DNA of 64,000 bases from Albugo candida (GCA_040437565.1 JBDOQK010000047.1:124001-188000), one strand, 5' to 3'; shown: positions 1 through 12,465, counted from the first letter of the stretch. The notes: generated by a model from the letters alone, not told the origin. Translations and numbers: made by a program.

Positions 1-671
1 GTTGAGTACATGCAAAACGGAATAGAGGTCAGACGTGTCTGATAACACAGTGAGTGTACAAGCTTTTTATAAATTTGAAAAATTTGATGAAAAGAAAACG
101 TTCGTATACAAGACTAAGATTCAGTTACGTTTTGTAGATTTACTTGGTCCTCCAATGCGGTGCAAAATCAGAGTTACTTGCACTCAATTGGTTCGTGAGG
201 CAACTAATAATAAACTTAATGCACTTTATCAGTACGGATCTAATTGCAAAATACCGTGGTTAGCAGTAGTTGTTTTATACAGAAGCGATATTAGTTATCG
301 TACGAAAAGAGAGCGTTCATCAACATGGCTGGAAACGTGAGAAAGAATGCAGCAATGTACCTATATAATAGTGAGACTGATATATCCATATTTGACAGCC
401 GGACAAAGTTGAGTAGCTAATTTTCCTATTTGCACTTGATTTTATAAAGCCGTGATTAGAAGTATTGCACAACGTGGACGTATACGTAGGGTTGATTTAA
501 ACACAAGGCCATCACGGTTATGATGTGTTCGACCTTGTAAAATGTAACTGATATATAAAAAATAGAAGTGAAAAAAGCAGTAGTTATTACGCACTCCTCT
601 GACGGATACTTGATTGCATACTGAATCTCCTATATCCGGTAACTATACACTAGTCCCTCAAAATCAGCGTT

Positions 672-1804
672 ATGATCGCAAGGAACGTGTCACCCGATGC
701 AAATGAACCAAATGATTCCGAGTTCACAAAATCCCTCGTGATTGGCGTAATTTTTCCAAACAAGAAAATCGACCATCTTCGAAACATACTGAATGAAGAC
801 CACCACAATATCCGTTTTCAATTAATCGACCTCACAGACGACATTCGAGAACCACGAGATCTCATCCAAAAGTATGGTCAATTGGATGCCATTCTCCACA
901 AATTAGCGCATGATATGGTTTACGCTCAAAACGGTGACACAAATGCACAACGAAGAGTGGATTTGATTGAACTATACTCGCAAACGATTGGAAAAAAGAT
1001 TCCCATTATCGATGCACTACAAAACGTCCAGGTACTGACAGATCGTCAGCGCGTGTGTCAGATACTACAAGAGCATGCCTTGGATAAAACGAATGATGCT
1101 GCTTATCGCGTGTCAAAGTATTACGTAGTGAGCTCGGAAGAAGATTTTAGTGCATTGAAGGAAGCCATCCAAAATCAGTCACTGCGACTTCCCCTGATCG
1201 CAAAATCCATTGAAGCTTGTGGTAAGAAATATGCATCTCTTTTTTTTTGGAGGGTATGCTGAACGTGAATGATAGCTTCGGAACGATCGCATTTTATGAG
1301 TGTCATCACGCAGGTTTCCCAGCTGAAAATATCACAACACACGCTACTTTATCAGGTACTCACAGATACCTTAGTTATCAGTATACTTATACACTTTCCT
1401 CGTAGGAATTCATTAATCATAGTGGTCGATTATTCAAGGGTTACGTTTTAGGGGATCGTATACAAGTGGCGGAGCGCACATCACTCCCGAACATGACGAA
1501 AGACTGCGACATCATTGATTTTGATACACAGAAACCGTACCCAACAGCTTCTCAAACGAGCAATTTGGCTAGTGCACCTTCACCAAATCCGGAAGTCATA
1601 ACACAACGTATTCGAGCCATTGGCAGATCCATTCAAAAACGATTTGATGTATCGTTGTTTGGATTCGATGTTATCATTTCCGATACAGACGGTGAATTTT
1701 ACGTGATTGACGTGAATTACTTTCCATCGTATAAAGAAATGGATGATTTTGATTCCGCTTTACGTCAACATATTCACGCGGTTATCAGACAGTATACGTC
1801 TTAA
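672..1804 (+). CDS. ITPK1: Inositol-tetrakisphosphate 1-kinase / inositol 1,3,4-trisphosphate 5/6-kinase (ATP-grasp); 3 exons, introns about 1222-1275 and 1356-1405
   Basis: Spliced product contains LDAILHKL, LPLIAKS..ACA..SHFM, QEFINHSGRLFKGYVLGD and LFGFDVII...YVIDVNYFPSY; GT-AG splices keep the frame. Confidence 0.9.
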
Positions 1805-1971
1805 AATTAGTATACAATATTTCTCGAATAGTTTTGTCAATATACATAACTTGCTTATCCAGTCCGAAACGTTCATTCTCATAAAAAAATCTGGAAGTGA
1901 AGTTAATATACTTTAAATCGTTTTTTTAGTTTACATTTTACATGATAAATGCATTATAGCCAATCGTAGAG

Positions 1972-3151
1972 ATGGAAACATCCTCATCGAGCGACACACC
2001 CGAAGTCATCAATTCCTGCAAAAAGCGCCGTACAATTGGAGAAATAGAACTTCAGTTGAAGCTAGCTCAAAACAACACTCGAGAAGCGAAGTTCAAGCTT
2101 ATACAGACAGTACGTGCCGTACGGTCTGCACTGCACAACTGAGATGATTTTAGGCCCGGGAAAATGCAAAACTTAAAGTGCTTTTATCAAAATATATGGA
2201 GGCTGATGAGATGCTTATAAGCTCGAGCCAACTGAGTACATCGAATGAAACACCATCTGCATCACAGACTGCAGTCAGTATATCTGTTAAGGAATCGGCG
2301 GATAGTAACACAACATTTGACGCAACCAAGTCGACAAATGAATCGTTAAGTTCGCAATCTAAAGAAAAAGCGATAGACCTTTTCGATTGTGGACGTGATC
2401 AATCTAGTCAACAGAGTCAGTGGAGTGATATCAACAACACGTCACATCTGGAGGACATTATAAATTTTCTCGAGAAACAAGATATTGAAGATTCAATACG
2501 GTGCACTTACTTATATTCCGGGCGCTAAACACGAATTAACAATGTGATCATAAGATCCAACCACGAGCCCACACCATACTCGCAAAATGCTTGTGTACGT
2601 GTTGGTGTGGCAATTCTACTCACGAGTCCTCAACACTCTGGATGTGTTTTGATTGGAAGACGTTTGGGATCTCATGGTGAAGGCAAGCTCGCTCTTCCAG
2701 GTAAACAGCTCCTACTCTACTTTCTAGTTTTTGACAATTCAATAAGGTGGTCATCTGGAAATGTACGAGTCCTGGGAAGAATGTGCGATTCGCGAGGTCA
2801 AAGAAGAAACCGGTATGTAAAGTCCGAGTGCAATTTTTCCACATTGAGTATCCTCATGGATGATGGAGCGCAGATGTGACTCTAGAAAGAGCTGAATTTC
2901 TATTCGTGACGAATGACTCTATGGAGCCTGAAGGTCGACATTACGTTACCATTTTCATGCATGCTTCTATCAATTGCGATTCGCAAGCAATCCGAAATAT
3001 GGAACCTCACAAATGTGAGAGCTGGTATTGGGAATCGTGGTCGAAACTAGAGGATTCTGAGAATTTATTTACACCTCTTTATCATCTGATACGCGATCCC
3101 GCGTGTAAAAAACAAGTTCAAAAGCGTCTTCATCTCCTGATTGGCCACTAA
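1972..3151 (+). CDS. NUDT15/MTH2-like Nudix hydrolase with a long N-terminal coiled-coil and Ser-rich extension; 5 exons
   Basis: Nudix box GGHLEMYESWEECAIREVKEET, plus VRVGVAIL, HYVTIFM and NMEPHKCESWYW; introns 2110-2153 and 2501-2554 join the upstream ORFs in frame. Confidence 0.8.
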
Positions 3152-4188
3152 TAAGCACTGCATCCATGTAGTTTCATCATAAATTCCTCACGCTCTTTTT
3201 TGTGTTTTTCTTTTCGTGTCAAGACAGTGATACACACGACACACAGTCTCGATCCGGCAACGTCATTAAACGCGTTTGTTTGAGTCAAAAGAAGCATTTC
3301 AATAGCCTTCTCTTCTTTTGTTTTCCAATCATTCTCTCCCATTGAGCACGACGTACAAACGGGCCGACCGCATAGATAACAATCATGCAATGCGCATTCA
3401 TCCAGCTCATTCCTACATACTTTACAATGCGTACGACTGGCATGGCTCTGTGGTGTTTGTTGTCCCTCTTTCATTACGCTTATAAGCTTGATGAGTTGCT
3501 TCTTGGACACTATATCGCTCACCATCAGCGATTTTCCATCGGGAATGTTGACACATGCTCCATTTGCCACAAGAAAGGAAGCGATTTCCATTCGATCACG
3601 CTCAATCGCTAAATGTAAATAAGTGGTATCCGTACTTCCAACGAGTCGATTCAACGAAGAGGGATCTGATTCTGAATTTAGTTGGTACACATATTCTCGC
3701 ACGAGTGAGATATCGTCAACTTTCACGGTCAACAAATGGGTGGCCAAGGGCGTCAGGTTGTGGATGTTATGGGCATTTGGATCAGCACCTAATTTTGATA
3801 GTATTTGAATCATTTTGATCGCTCGACTCAGTTTTTGACAGGAGGCTGCAAAATGCAGAGCTGTATTTCCGCGACGATCGCCTTGATTCACATACGCGGA
3901 AGCCTCAGGAAGTTCCACCAAACATCGCAATATATCAGAATGACCTTTTTTACAGGCGAGATGAAGAACAGTCTGCTCATTGTTGCTGTCGCGAAGAGCA
4001 AACAAGTCACACGAAGTTAGTGTTATGTCATCAAATGTATCCACCGTATCCGGGTCAGAAATTCGTTCGCCGGTGTACCCACTGTCACTGTCGCGTGTGA
4101 TTATTTGCTCAAAATCTATGTCATAATCACGTTGTCTGAGTACTTGAATTAATTTTACCACTTGTTGTTCGTTCTGATTGGGCTTCAT
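3148..4188 (-). CDS. Ankyrin-repeat protein with a C-terminal FYVE-like Cys zinc finger
   Basis: QTVLHLACKKG, GNTALHFAA, TYLHLAIE; CKVC...HDCYLCGRPVCTSCS...RLCVVC. Confidence 0.85.
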   Translation of the reverse strand: MKPNQNEQQVVKLIQVLRQRDYDIDFEQIITRDSDSGYTGERISDPDTVDTFDDITLTSCDLFALRDSNNEQTVLHLACKKGHSDILRCLVELPEASAYVNQGDRRGNTALHFAASCQKLSRAIKMIQILSKLGADPNAHNIHNLTPLATHLLTVKVDDISLVREYVYQLNSESDPSSLNRLVGSTDTTYLHLAIERDRMEIASFLVANGACVNIPDGKSLMVSDIVSKKQLIKLISVMKEGQQTPQSHASRTHCKVCRNELDECALHDCYLCGRPVCTSCSMGENDWKTKEEKAIEMLLLTQTNAFNDVAGSRLCVVCITVLTRKEKHKKEREEFMMKLHGCSAY

Positions 4189-4779
4189 ACGATTCGGAAA
4201 TGATAGCTCTGTTTTTTATAAAAAGTTGTGTGAATTGGTATGTTTATAGAGAGGCATTCTATGCATTGCCTTTGTGTATGTTGGTGCGCGGAGTATACAG
4301 TCGCACGAATTAGTCGAAAATTTCATATTCAGTCAAGTGGCTAGGGTGGTACGTATCGCTTTGAATCCGCACTTACATATCGTGCTTTATCCATCTGATT
4401 CCGAACTTTTAACACTCTGGAATGTATTGTGCGTGCGTGCAGCTGGTGATGGGCTTTTCTACATGTACTCGATGGCGATCCGAGAGCCAAGCTAATGATG
4501 CTCTGTTCATCCCATTGTTCTTCTAGCTGTTGAACAATTTATTTCCCATCATTATATCCATTTCTAACGCCTTGCAAAACTGTTCTGCTGTTCAACATTT
4601 AATTCGATAAGCTCGGAACGTGATCCTTTGCAAGCTGTCCAACTTTTACGTGTTCATAGTGGTATTCTTCTTATCAGATGCACCTGTCCAAACTCATTTC
4701 TTCATAATCAAGAAACTTTATTTTGGTAGCTCGGGTGTGGCGCCATTTATTAAAGGGTGACACAGGACTCAAGAGTGCA

Positions 4780-5490
4780 ATGCGAGCAGTGCTCCTATTA
4801 CTTTTTGCAACAATACAAACTTTACGAGCACAACGAGCCAAAACTAGTGATCAGGACCTTACTTGTGGTTTCCGTAACCTATATGAGGTCACTGTTGAAG
4901 GAGAAAATGGAATTTATTGCCTGATCACAGAGCCTTGCTCGGGGACGGTGTTCAGTAACCGATACGCTTGCCCGACACTTGGACAAAAGGATGTGACTGG
5001 AATGTACACATTGTCACAAGAAAGTTGTTGTGCGGAGCTTTACCCCTCTCAAATCATCGCTTGTGTCGTTCCTAACACTTCAACGCAATGCATACTGTCC
5101 GCCCCTCTCTCCAATTCAACAGAAGCTTTTGTACAGTCCGAGTCTGAAGAACCATTAGCAATTCCAAAGTCGACAGAAGTCCATTCAAATCAAAATCATG
5201 TGGTCCACAGTAATGGACCACAAGTCATTACTCCTATCGAAGACGACAATAAACCAACGGTAACTATAGAGGGTTTGAAGACAGAGGGAAATGCATTCGA
5301 TGTAGACATCATCGTGTATATGTGTATCGGTACAGGAGTTTTACTTGCGATTTTCCTCGGCGTATATTTCCTACGGAAAGATTATTCTACAGACACAGGG
5401 AATTCGCCATCGCCACCTACGTGGGACGAATCGACGTCTTACAGTAGTGTGCCGATTACGCCGAAAGACAAAATCGAATTAACGAGTTAA
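4780..5490 (+). CDS. Type I membrane protein: signal peptide, Cys-rich extracellular domain, single TM helix
   Basis: MRAVLLLLFATIQTLRA signal-like start; 8-Cys domain; TM IIVYMCIGTGVLLAIFLGVYFL followed by RK. Confidence 0.7.
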   Translation: MRAVLLLLFATIQTLRAQRAKTSDQDLTCGFRNLYEVTVEGENGIYCLITEPCSGTVFSNRYACPTLGQKDVTGMYTLSQESCCAELYPSQIIACVVPNTSTQCILSAPLSNSTEAFVQSESEEPLAIPKSTEVHSNQNHVVHSNGPQVITPIEDDNKPTVTIEGLKTEGNAFDVDIIVYMCIGTGVLLAIFLGVYFLRKDYSTDTGNSPSPPTWDESTSYSSVPITPKDKIELTS

Positions 5491-5535
5491 ATACAGATTT
5501 TTTTAATCTAGAACTAGAGTTGCCAGCTACTGATC

Positions 5536-7270
5536 TCACGCAACGCTTTGCTCCATATAAGTTACCAATGAGTGATCCTCCATTATGGTCATATACCCTA
5601 CACAAAACGTCGACCGAATTAGATTCATCATCATAGAACATGCAAAACTTACGCTGCTTGAAAAAAGTGTAGATCGCGGTAGCATCAGAAGCAGATTCAA
5701 ATTTCACAGAATCGGACTCCATCCGCGCGACTTGATCGAAAAGTTCTTGGAAATCATACGACGATGACGCTTTGCCTTCACACTTTCGGGACGAAACAAG
5801 CGACATATTATGTTCGGCTAATGGACACGCCACTTGCCCAATTATAACTGAAGTCGCGTTGATTTGGTCAAATTGCAATAAAACCTCACGGCAAACTTCG
5901 ACATCTTCGTCTAAAGCTTGCCTCAAATGGTGTGGTGAATGGAATATCGACGTACTGCCATCCGTGTCAATCATGTTTTCTTCGTCCCCAAGGCCATCCA
6001 GCGTTGCAGGATGCGGAACGGACATCTCCCTTAAACAAGCTTGCTCTGTTTTAGTAGTGTGGTATTTCACTCCCTTTTCGTATGACATTACAGGAACTGG
6101 TGGCCGGATTTCTTGTAGCCTATTTGGCAACATTCCTCCAACATCTTTCGTGACGTGATCAACAATCTCGATAGTCCCCTTTGTGTGGTACACAGAACAC
6201 TCAATATCCACACGACCAACTTTACCAAACCGCCACGCAACAAATTCGGAAGCTCGAAGGACCGGGGAGCTAGCACGAACAATTTGTGACGTATCTCTTG
6301 CTGTAAAAGTGACATCAAGACAATGTTCAACCATCCCCATGGTATCTGAGCTGACTTTTAACACGACAATGTGGCCGGGTCGAACCCTTAAACAATTCGG
6401 TTGACACTCAAATCCGACTATAGATATCTGTCCAATCGCATCGGAGGAACATGTGGCCAGTTTTTCCATTGGAAACGTATTTGGGAAGAAATCATGAGAG
6501 CCCCTCTCAGATATTTGTTCCGATTTTCTTTGGTTCCCTTCCATCAGCGGAACGAAGGAAGCTTCATCATCCGAAGCAGATTGCGTGTCTTGACTCGAAG
6601 TTCCCGTTGGCCATTCTCGTGGGGGTTTGCCTTTAGCATCACCACATTGCAACTCAAATTGAGCGCTCATACTTTTCCGAAGGCGTCGCTGCTCTACAGT
6701 GTACGCCAGTTCTTCATAGTTGACAGCAGATTCCGGACCCGGAGGCGAGATCGGTCGGTCTGAATATGTAGTCTGACTGCAAAGTTCTTCTGTTTCGGTC
6801 ACCAGCTGATCGATAATGTCTTTCTTCGTTTGGCCTGTCGATTCTGGATTTTGAACCACGTTGATTGGCTTGTACCGAGTCTCGTTTGTTAGGGATTTTT
6901 TTCGAATTTGTCCTTTTTTTCGTGCGTGCGATTTGTGCCCATCGTGTTGATTCGAATAGTGGACGCAGGGGTCCACTGTATCCTTCAAAAGTTCTGTTTG
7001 AATCGATTTATCTTGTTGATTATCGTCAGCGGATGGAACATACACTTTACGTCGTCTTCTTTTCCGTGAATTCGATTTCTGCTGTTGTGGAGTGTTTCCA
7101 GCCCGTTTTCCTTCTGAAGCTTGATTATTGGGCGAGGTTGGGAAAGATATCTCGCACTCGGGTTGCTTTGTTAGAATTTTATTCATGCTTTCGGTAGACG
7201 TACTACTGCCTTTACGGCGGTACCGTACGTGTGTATGTTGTGAATGTAACAATGCATTGTTTTTTCCCAT
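5536..7270 (-). CDS. Large low-complexity protein with a central cupredoxin-like domain; start unresolved; likely short 3' intron
   Basis: 604-aa ORF; segment FECQPNCLRVRPGHIV..EH..SPVL..EFVAWRFGKVGRVDIECSVYHTKGTIEIV; GTAAGT donor after FFKQR gives a stop at about 5536. Confidence 0.6.
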
Positions 7271-7804
7271 TGAATGACGTTTTCTCGGACGAGTCGGCGA
7301 ACGATACGATTTACTTTCGGTTGATTCTTCTCTAGAAAAGTCGCATTCGGTTATACCGGTTACATTACCGTCATTACTCGCTTATGTCCGTTGCGATCCA
7401 TGCATGAACTCGAGGTAATTTCGAAACGATATCGCGGAAAGCCACAATGTTTCATAAGATACGTTCTGCTCATTAGCACAAGGTGCAACTCAAGCGCATT
7501 CTTATTTCAGAAACTCTGCCAGGACAATACATTGAGTGCGGAAAGGCAAGCGTGAACCCCACATACTGGAATGGAAAGGCCACTCAAAAAAAGTATCGTA
7601 CGGTATCTATCCGAAAGTCGAAATTAAGCGCGATGTGCGCTTCGAGGTTATTAGGTTTAAAAGGTTTGCTGCACCCACACAAAAAACCTCAGTGCTTTAT
7701 AGGTGAAGATTGTAGCGATCAGCTCAAAACTTAATTGTTGATCAAGCGAGAACTCACCCCTTTGGCTACATTTGTGTCCCCTCCGATCTATACGACACAA
7801 AAAG

Positions 7805-8860
7805 ATGACAATGCTTGTTGCGCCATTGAACCACATGAACTTTTACGGATTGCAAAAGGGTGGTTGCATGGATCTTGGTGCAACACTAACAAAGTCCAAC
7901 TCACATCGTCCGTTCTTGCTACAACATCCTGTATCACCCTCTGTATCCAGCTATCAGAATCCTGAGGATGATAATGGTTATGCTTATCTCGGTATCGATA
8001 ATGATAATATGCAAAATGTGACCAAGTCAGCTTTGTATAAGACGGAACTATGCAAACGCTTTTCTGAATTCGGTGTATGTCGTTATGGAGGTAAGATTTT
8101 ACTTTACTGCCCTTTTGTGTCAAGTCTGAACGTTGATTATGTAGTGAAATGTCAATTTGCGCACGGTCAATCAGAATTGCGTCAAATTATCCGTCATCCT
8201 AAATATAAAACTACAAAATGTAAATCATACTGGGGATCAGGGCATTGTCCCTATGGGAATCGCTGTCGATTCATCCATGAAGATGATGAACCGTATTCCA
8301 AGCCAATGTATGATTCGGCTCAAGACAGCATTGCACGGACATCAACAAGACCATCAGAGGAGCAACCTGCAGTGTCCAACGTCGTGAACAGTATATTGTA
8401 TCTTCACGAAAGTAGAAGCCTTCATGATGTGATTTATCGCGAGCCAAGTGTCATGATCAGCACCTCATTCCCGAACACGATATGGCGCTCAAGCTCTTCG
8501 CCATCAGCTTTCACAGCCACAATACCTATGTCGGACTCAGAATCAGATGTAGAATCATGTTCTGACTCAGAGATTGATGATCCTCTATTTCCGGACCTCA
8601 AGGCAGCGATTGACGCACTGGTCCAAACAACTGCATCGGAGGAAAAGGCATCGGAATCTACGAACCAATTAATTGCGTCACAAAAGGAAACACCGGTTTT
8701 GCCCGAATCAGAAGAGTTGTGGGGAGACTTTGTGAAAACCACGAAAGAGAAACTCAATTGGTCAGTAGAGCCTTTAAAGCTTGTTCCAGACCTTGAGCCA
8801 TTATCAGAGGAAAATAAACAGGCGAGTCCCCGTCTCCGCATATTTGAGAGTTTTCACTGA
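7805..8860 (+). CDS. Tandem CCCH zinc-finger mRNA-decay factor of the TIS11/tristetraprolin (ZFP36) family; intron 8091-8144
   Basis: LYKTELC..C..C..H and [13 protein letters not shown] fingers with correct spacing after splicing; C-terminal [10 protein letters not shown] resembles the NOT1-binding RLPIF motif. Confidence 0.9.
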   Translation: MTMLVAPLNHMNFYGLQKGGCMDLGATLTKSNSHRPFLLQHPVSPSVSSYQNPEDDNGYAYLGIDNDNMQNVTKSALYKTELCKRFSEFGVCRYGGKILLYCPFVSSLNVDYVVKCQFAHGQSELRQIIRHPKYKTTKCKSYWGSGHCPYGNRCRFIHEDDEPYSKPMYDSAQDSIARTSTRPSEEQPAVSNVVNSILYLHESRSLHDVIYREPSVMISTSFPNTIWRSSSSPSAFTATIPMSDSESDVESCSDSEIDDPLFPDLKAAIDALVQTTASEEKASESTNQLIASQKETPVLPESEELWGDFVKTTKEKLNWSVEPLKLVPDLEPLSEENKQASPRLRIFESFH

Positions 8861-8903
8861 AAAACAATCGGACGAGTCTACCCTCAACCTATCATCCATA
8901 GGA

Positions 8904-8912
8904 TTATTTATT
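8904..8912 (+). promoter_or_regulatory. AU-rich element nonamer UUAUUUAUU in the probable 3' UTR of the TIS11-family gene
   Basis: Exact TTATTTATT starting 44 nt after the stop codon. Confidence 0.55.
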
Positions 8913-9146
8913 TGGAGTATGCGTCCGAATTAGACTAAAGCGTCTTATATTTGTTTTCAGAGTGTTGCTAATATGAATGTAACAAATGTCAATCATACTC
9001 GTGGAAGATATTAGAGGACAATAGTTGAAAGGTCACTTTCCGTTTGTCGATGTTGTTCTACCCATATAAAAAGCTGGATCGTTGCACTGTGGTGTAACGA
9101 ACACGTTCAACCATCCAGCTGCTGTGAGTCACAATTATACTCAAAA

Positions 9147-12100
9147 ATGCAGAATTGGTCCTCACAGACTCCAATTGTGTCTCGCACGCATGACAAACAC
9201 AGCGCAGTATCGTCACCGCCGCATAGTCCTTACACATTCCCACGATTGACGAAAAAGTACATCCTCACTAGAGAATTGAACGTTCGAGTGCGCACGACTC
9301 GGAACGATGTCGCACCAGTGTATTTGTTGCCAGATGGATCTCTTGTATGCCGCAAGTTGCTTGCCAGAGACGATTGGATCCAAGATCATGAAAGGAAACA
9401 CTGTACTGTTTGTATGCAGCACTTTTTGCCATTTCGCCGACGTCATCACTGTCGAACGGTTGTTTTCTTTTTACTCTTCATACCTTAAGCACGGTCTGAT
9501 ACGTTTCCATTCCTAGTGTGGCGAAGTTGTTTGTAACGCGTGTTCGTATCATCGTCGTATCCACATAACTGATCTCAATGTCGGGTTTGTAACACGTTTG
9601 TGCACCTTTTGCATCATTCACGCTGGAAACGCATCTGTCCGAGTAAGCAAACCTAATTCGCATTCGGATGAGAATCAGGTTGATGAGCAAACAATCGTTC
9701 GTTCACCAATCCAGCGACTTTCGTCGAAACGCACCGAATCCGTTATGACTGACGGTAGCGTCGTGCAATTATGGCCTTTACCAGGTCACCAATCATTGGC
9801 TACATTTCAACCAGAAAAGTCCATTCCATTGGATCAAAATGAAACAAGGTCTCGCGCGCAATCAGCAGTTGAACTTCGTGTAACGAAGTTCAATCAAAAG
9901 AATTTATTTTCTCGTGTGCAACCCAAGCTTCCAGTAACGTCCAATCTTACTAATCCAATCTCACAATCACAGCGATTGGCTATGATCCACACCAAAATGT
10001 TATTAAACCCCAATCATGACCCGACGATGGAAACGCTCCTTTCCATCGTCGCGAAGACGTTAGCCTGTCCAGCGGCCCTTATTGGAAGCGTCGATGAAAA
10101 ATACCTATGGATCCATGCAAGCATTGGAATGGAATCGATTAGCAAGATGCCACGTGAAGATTTTGTATGCATACATCAGCTACGAAAGAGTGAAACGGTC
10201 TGGATTGTTCAGGACGCAACATGGGACAAACATTTCCATGCGGCCACTATAATGATCAAAGGTGCTCCCATTCGATTTTACGCAGGCGCTACATTAGCCG
10301 TTAAGGCACAGAGAATTGGAGTTGTCAGTGTGATGGATGATGAACCACACAAAGATATATCGAACACCATGAAAAGCACTTTGGAAGCTGTAGGGAAAAT
10401 CGCTTCTGAAGTGTTGGAGCAGCGTTTGCAATCTGCTTCATCCGAGAATGGAGGTAGTAGCACCAGAAATTCAATTGATGATTTTGACAGCTTGTTTGAT
10501 GAGAATCTTGAACACGCAGTAGCGAGTTCATTCGGATGTAATGACAGCAAAGCTGGACCCGGTCGCCCTTCCTGCATGACTATGTTTTTCAATCTCACTT
10601 CAGAAATGCAAGATGCCATTCACGAGTGTATGCGATTCATGAATGAATCGTTACGTCCACAGCCAGATTTAGTATGGAAACAGCGTCGAGATGCGGAAGA
10701 TGGAATCTGTGCTTCTTTTGAAGGTATCATCAGAACGGACAGCCACACTCAAATAAAGCTCTATAGAAATTCCTTTCGTGTGCTTGTTGGACCAGAAACG
10801 TTCACATTGCTAGAAATGATACAAAAATGTATGGATCCACGAGTGACTTTATCGAGTGACGATTGGTTTAGGCAGTTTTTCCGGGCCGAAGGGTATATTG
10901 ATGCAACATTACAAAATCGACACTACTTCTCACCACACACTTGGATGGATCATTTTTTATTAAAGCAAGATGTCAGCTCCGAAGAAGAAAAGTGCTGTAT
11001 TCTTACATACAAACGAGAATATCCGGACGGAAGTGCTATGATTGTGACTCTAGTCTATGACGAAGATGCAATGGAGAGTCCCATTCTCACATTCCTATTT
11101 GGCTGGCTTATCACATCACAGCAAAAGAAGAATATAAATGTAACGTGCCTCGTAGCTCAACAGTGTTCACAAAACGAAACTCATGATAAAAGAAGCGTCA
11201 ATGTCTCTGCCGCATGGTGTCTACATCTCCTTCAAATGTATAAAAGTTGCACTCATGTATCAATGCCTAATAAGAGCCTCCAACTTTCGAAATTAACGAG
11301 AGAGTCAAGACTCGCAACTGAAAGAGTGAGCGAGTCTAGTCGAGAAAGCGATATCGAGGAAGTTGTTTTCACTCGAAGTCGCCAAAGGGAAAGGAATGCC
11401 GGTGAAAATAAACGACAGCTTTTGCGCTGTTTGATAGATCAATCAATTTTCACGCAACAAATGCTGAAGGAACAGCGCAGGCNNNNNNNNNNNNNNNNNN
11501 NNNNNNNNNNNNNNNNNNNNNNNNNNNNNNNNNNNNNNNNNNNNNNNNNNNNNNNNNNNNNNNNNNNNNNNNNNNNNNNNNNGGACAGCCACACTCAAAT
11601 AAAGCTCTATAGAAATTCCTTTCGTGTGCTTGTTGGACCAGAAACGTTCACATTGCTAGAAATGATACAAAAATGTATGGATCCACGAGTGACTTTATCG
11701 AGTGACGATTGGTTTAGGCAGTTTTTCCGGGCCGAAGGGTATATTGATGCAACATTACAAAATCGACACTACTTCTCACCACACACTTGGATGGATCATT
11801 TTTTATTAAAGCAAGATGTCAGCTCCGAAGAAGAAAAGTGCTGTATTCTTACATACAAACGAGAATATCCGGACGGAAGTGCTATGATTGTGACTCTAGT
11901 CTATGACGAAGATGCAATGGAGAGTCCCATTCTCACATTCCTATTTGGCTGGCTTATCACATCACAGCAAAAGAAGAATATAAATGTAACGTGCCTCGTA
12001 GCTCAACAGTGTTCACAAAACGAAACTCATGATAAAAGAAGCGTCAATGTCTCTGCCGCATGGTGTCTACATCTCCTTCAAATGTATAAAAGTTGCACTC

Positions 12101-12465
12101 ATGTATCAATGCCTAATAAGAGCCTCCAACTTTCGAAATTAACGAGAGAGTCAAGACTCGCAACTGAAAGAGTGAGCGAGTCTAGTCGAGAAAGCGATAT
12201 CGAGGAAGTTGTTTTCACTCGAAGTCGCCAAAGGGAAAGGAATGCCGGTGAAAATAAACGACAGCTTTTGCGCTGTTTGATAGATCAATCAATTTTCACG
12301 CAACAAATGCTGAAGGAACAGCGCAGGCTAATTGAATACGCCTCGTCCAGAGGCAGTGTGAAAGATTTTGGAAAAACACACAATTCAAATGATCAATTCA
12401 AAGAATTCCGAGCAGACGCAATCGACTTTCATACAGATTCCGTTCGATGTAACAACCAATCATAG
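9147..12465 (+). CDS. FYVE zinc finger plus GAF domain protein; intron 9459-9516; 746-nt artefactual duplication across the N-gap
   Basis: WIQD..CTVCMQHF..RRRHHCRTCGEVVCNACS; GAF motifs IRFYAGATL..IGVVSVMDDEP. Confidence 0.85.

Noticed and set aside
35-340. 101-aa ORF at the window start
   Set aside because: GTG start, AT-rich, no recognisable motif; probably intergenic
5456-5490. Coding overlap between the membrane protein and the 604-aa minus ORF
   Set aside because: A strong GTAAGT...TAG intron near 5598-5652 moves the minus-strand stop to about 5536, removing the overlap
10737-12328. Apparent 250-aa internal tandem repeat in the FYVE-GAF protein
   Set aside because: Identical 746-nt copies abut a 100-N gap; this is an unmerged contig overlap
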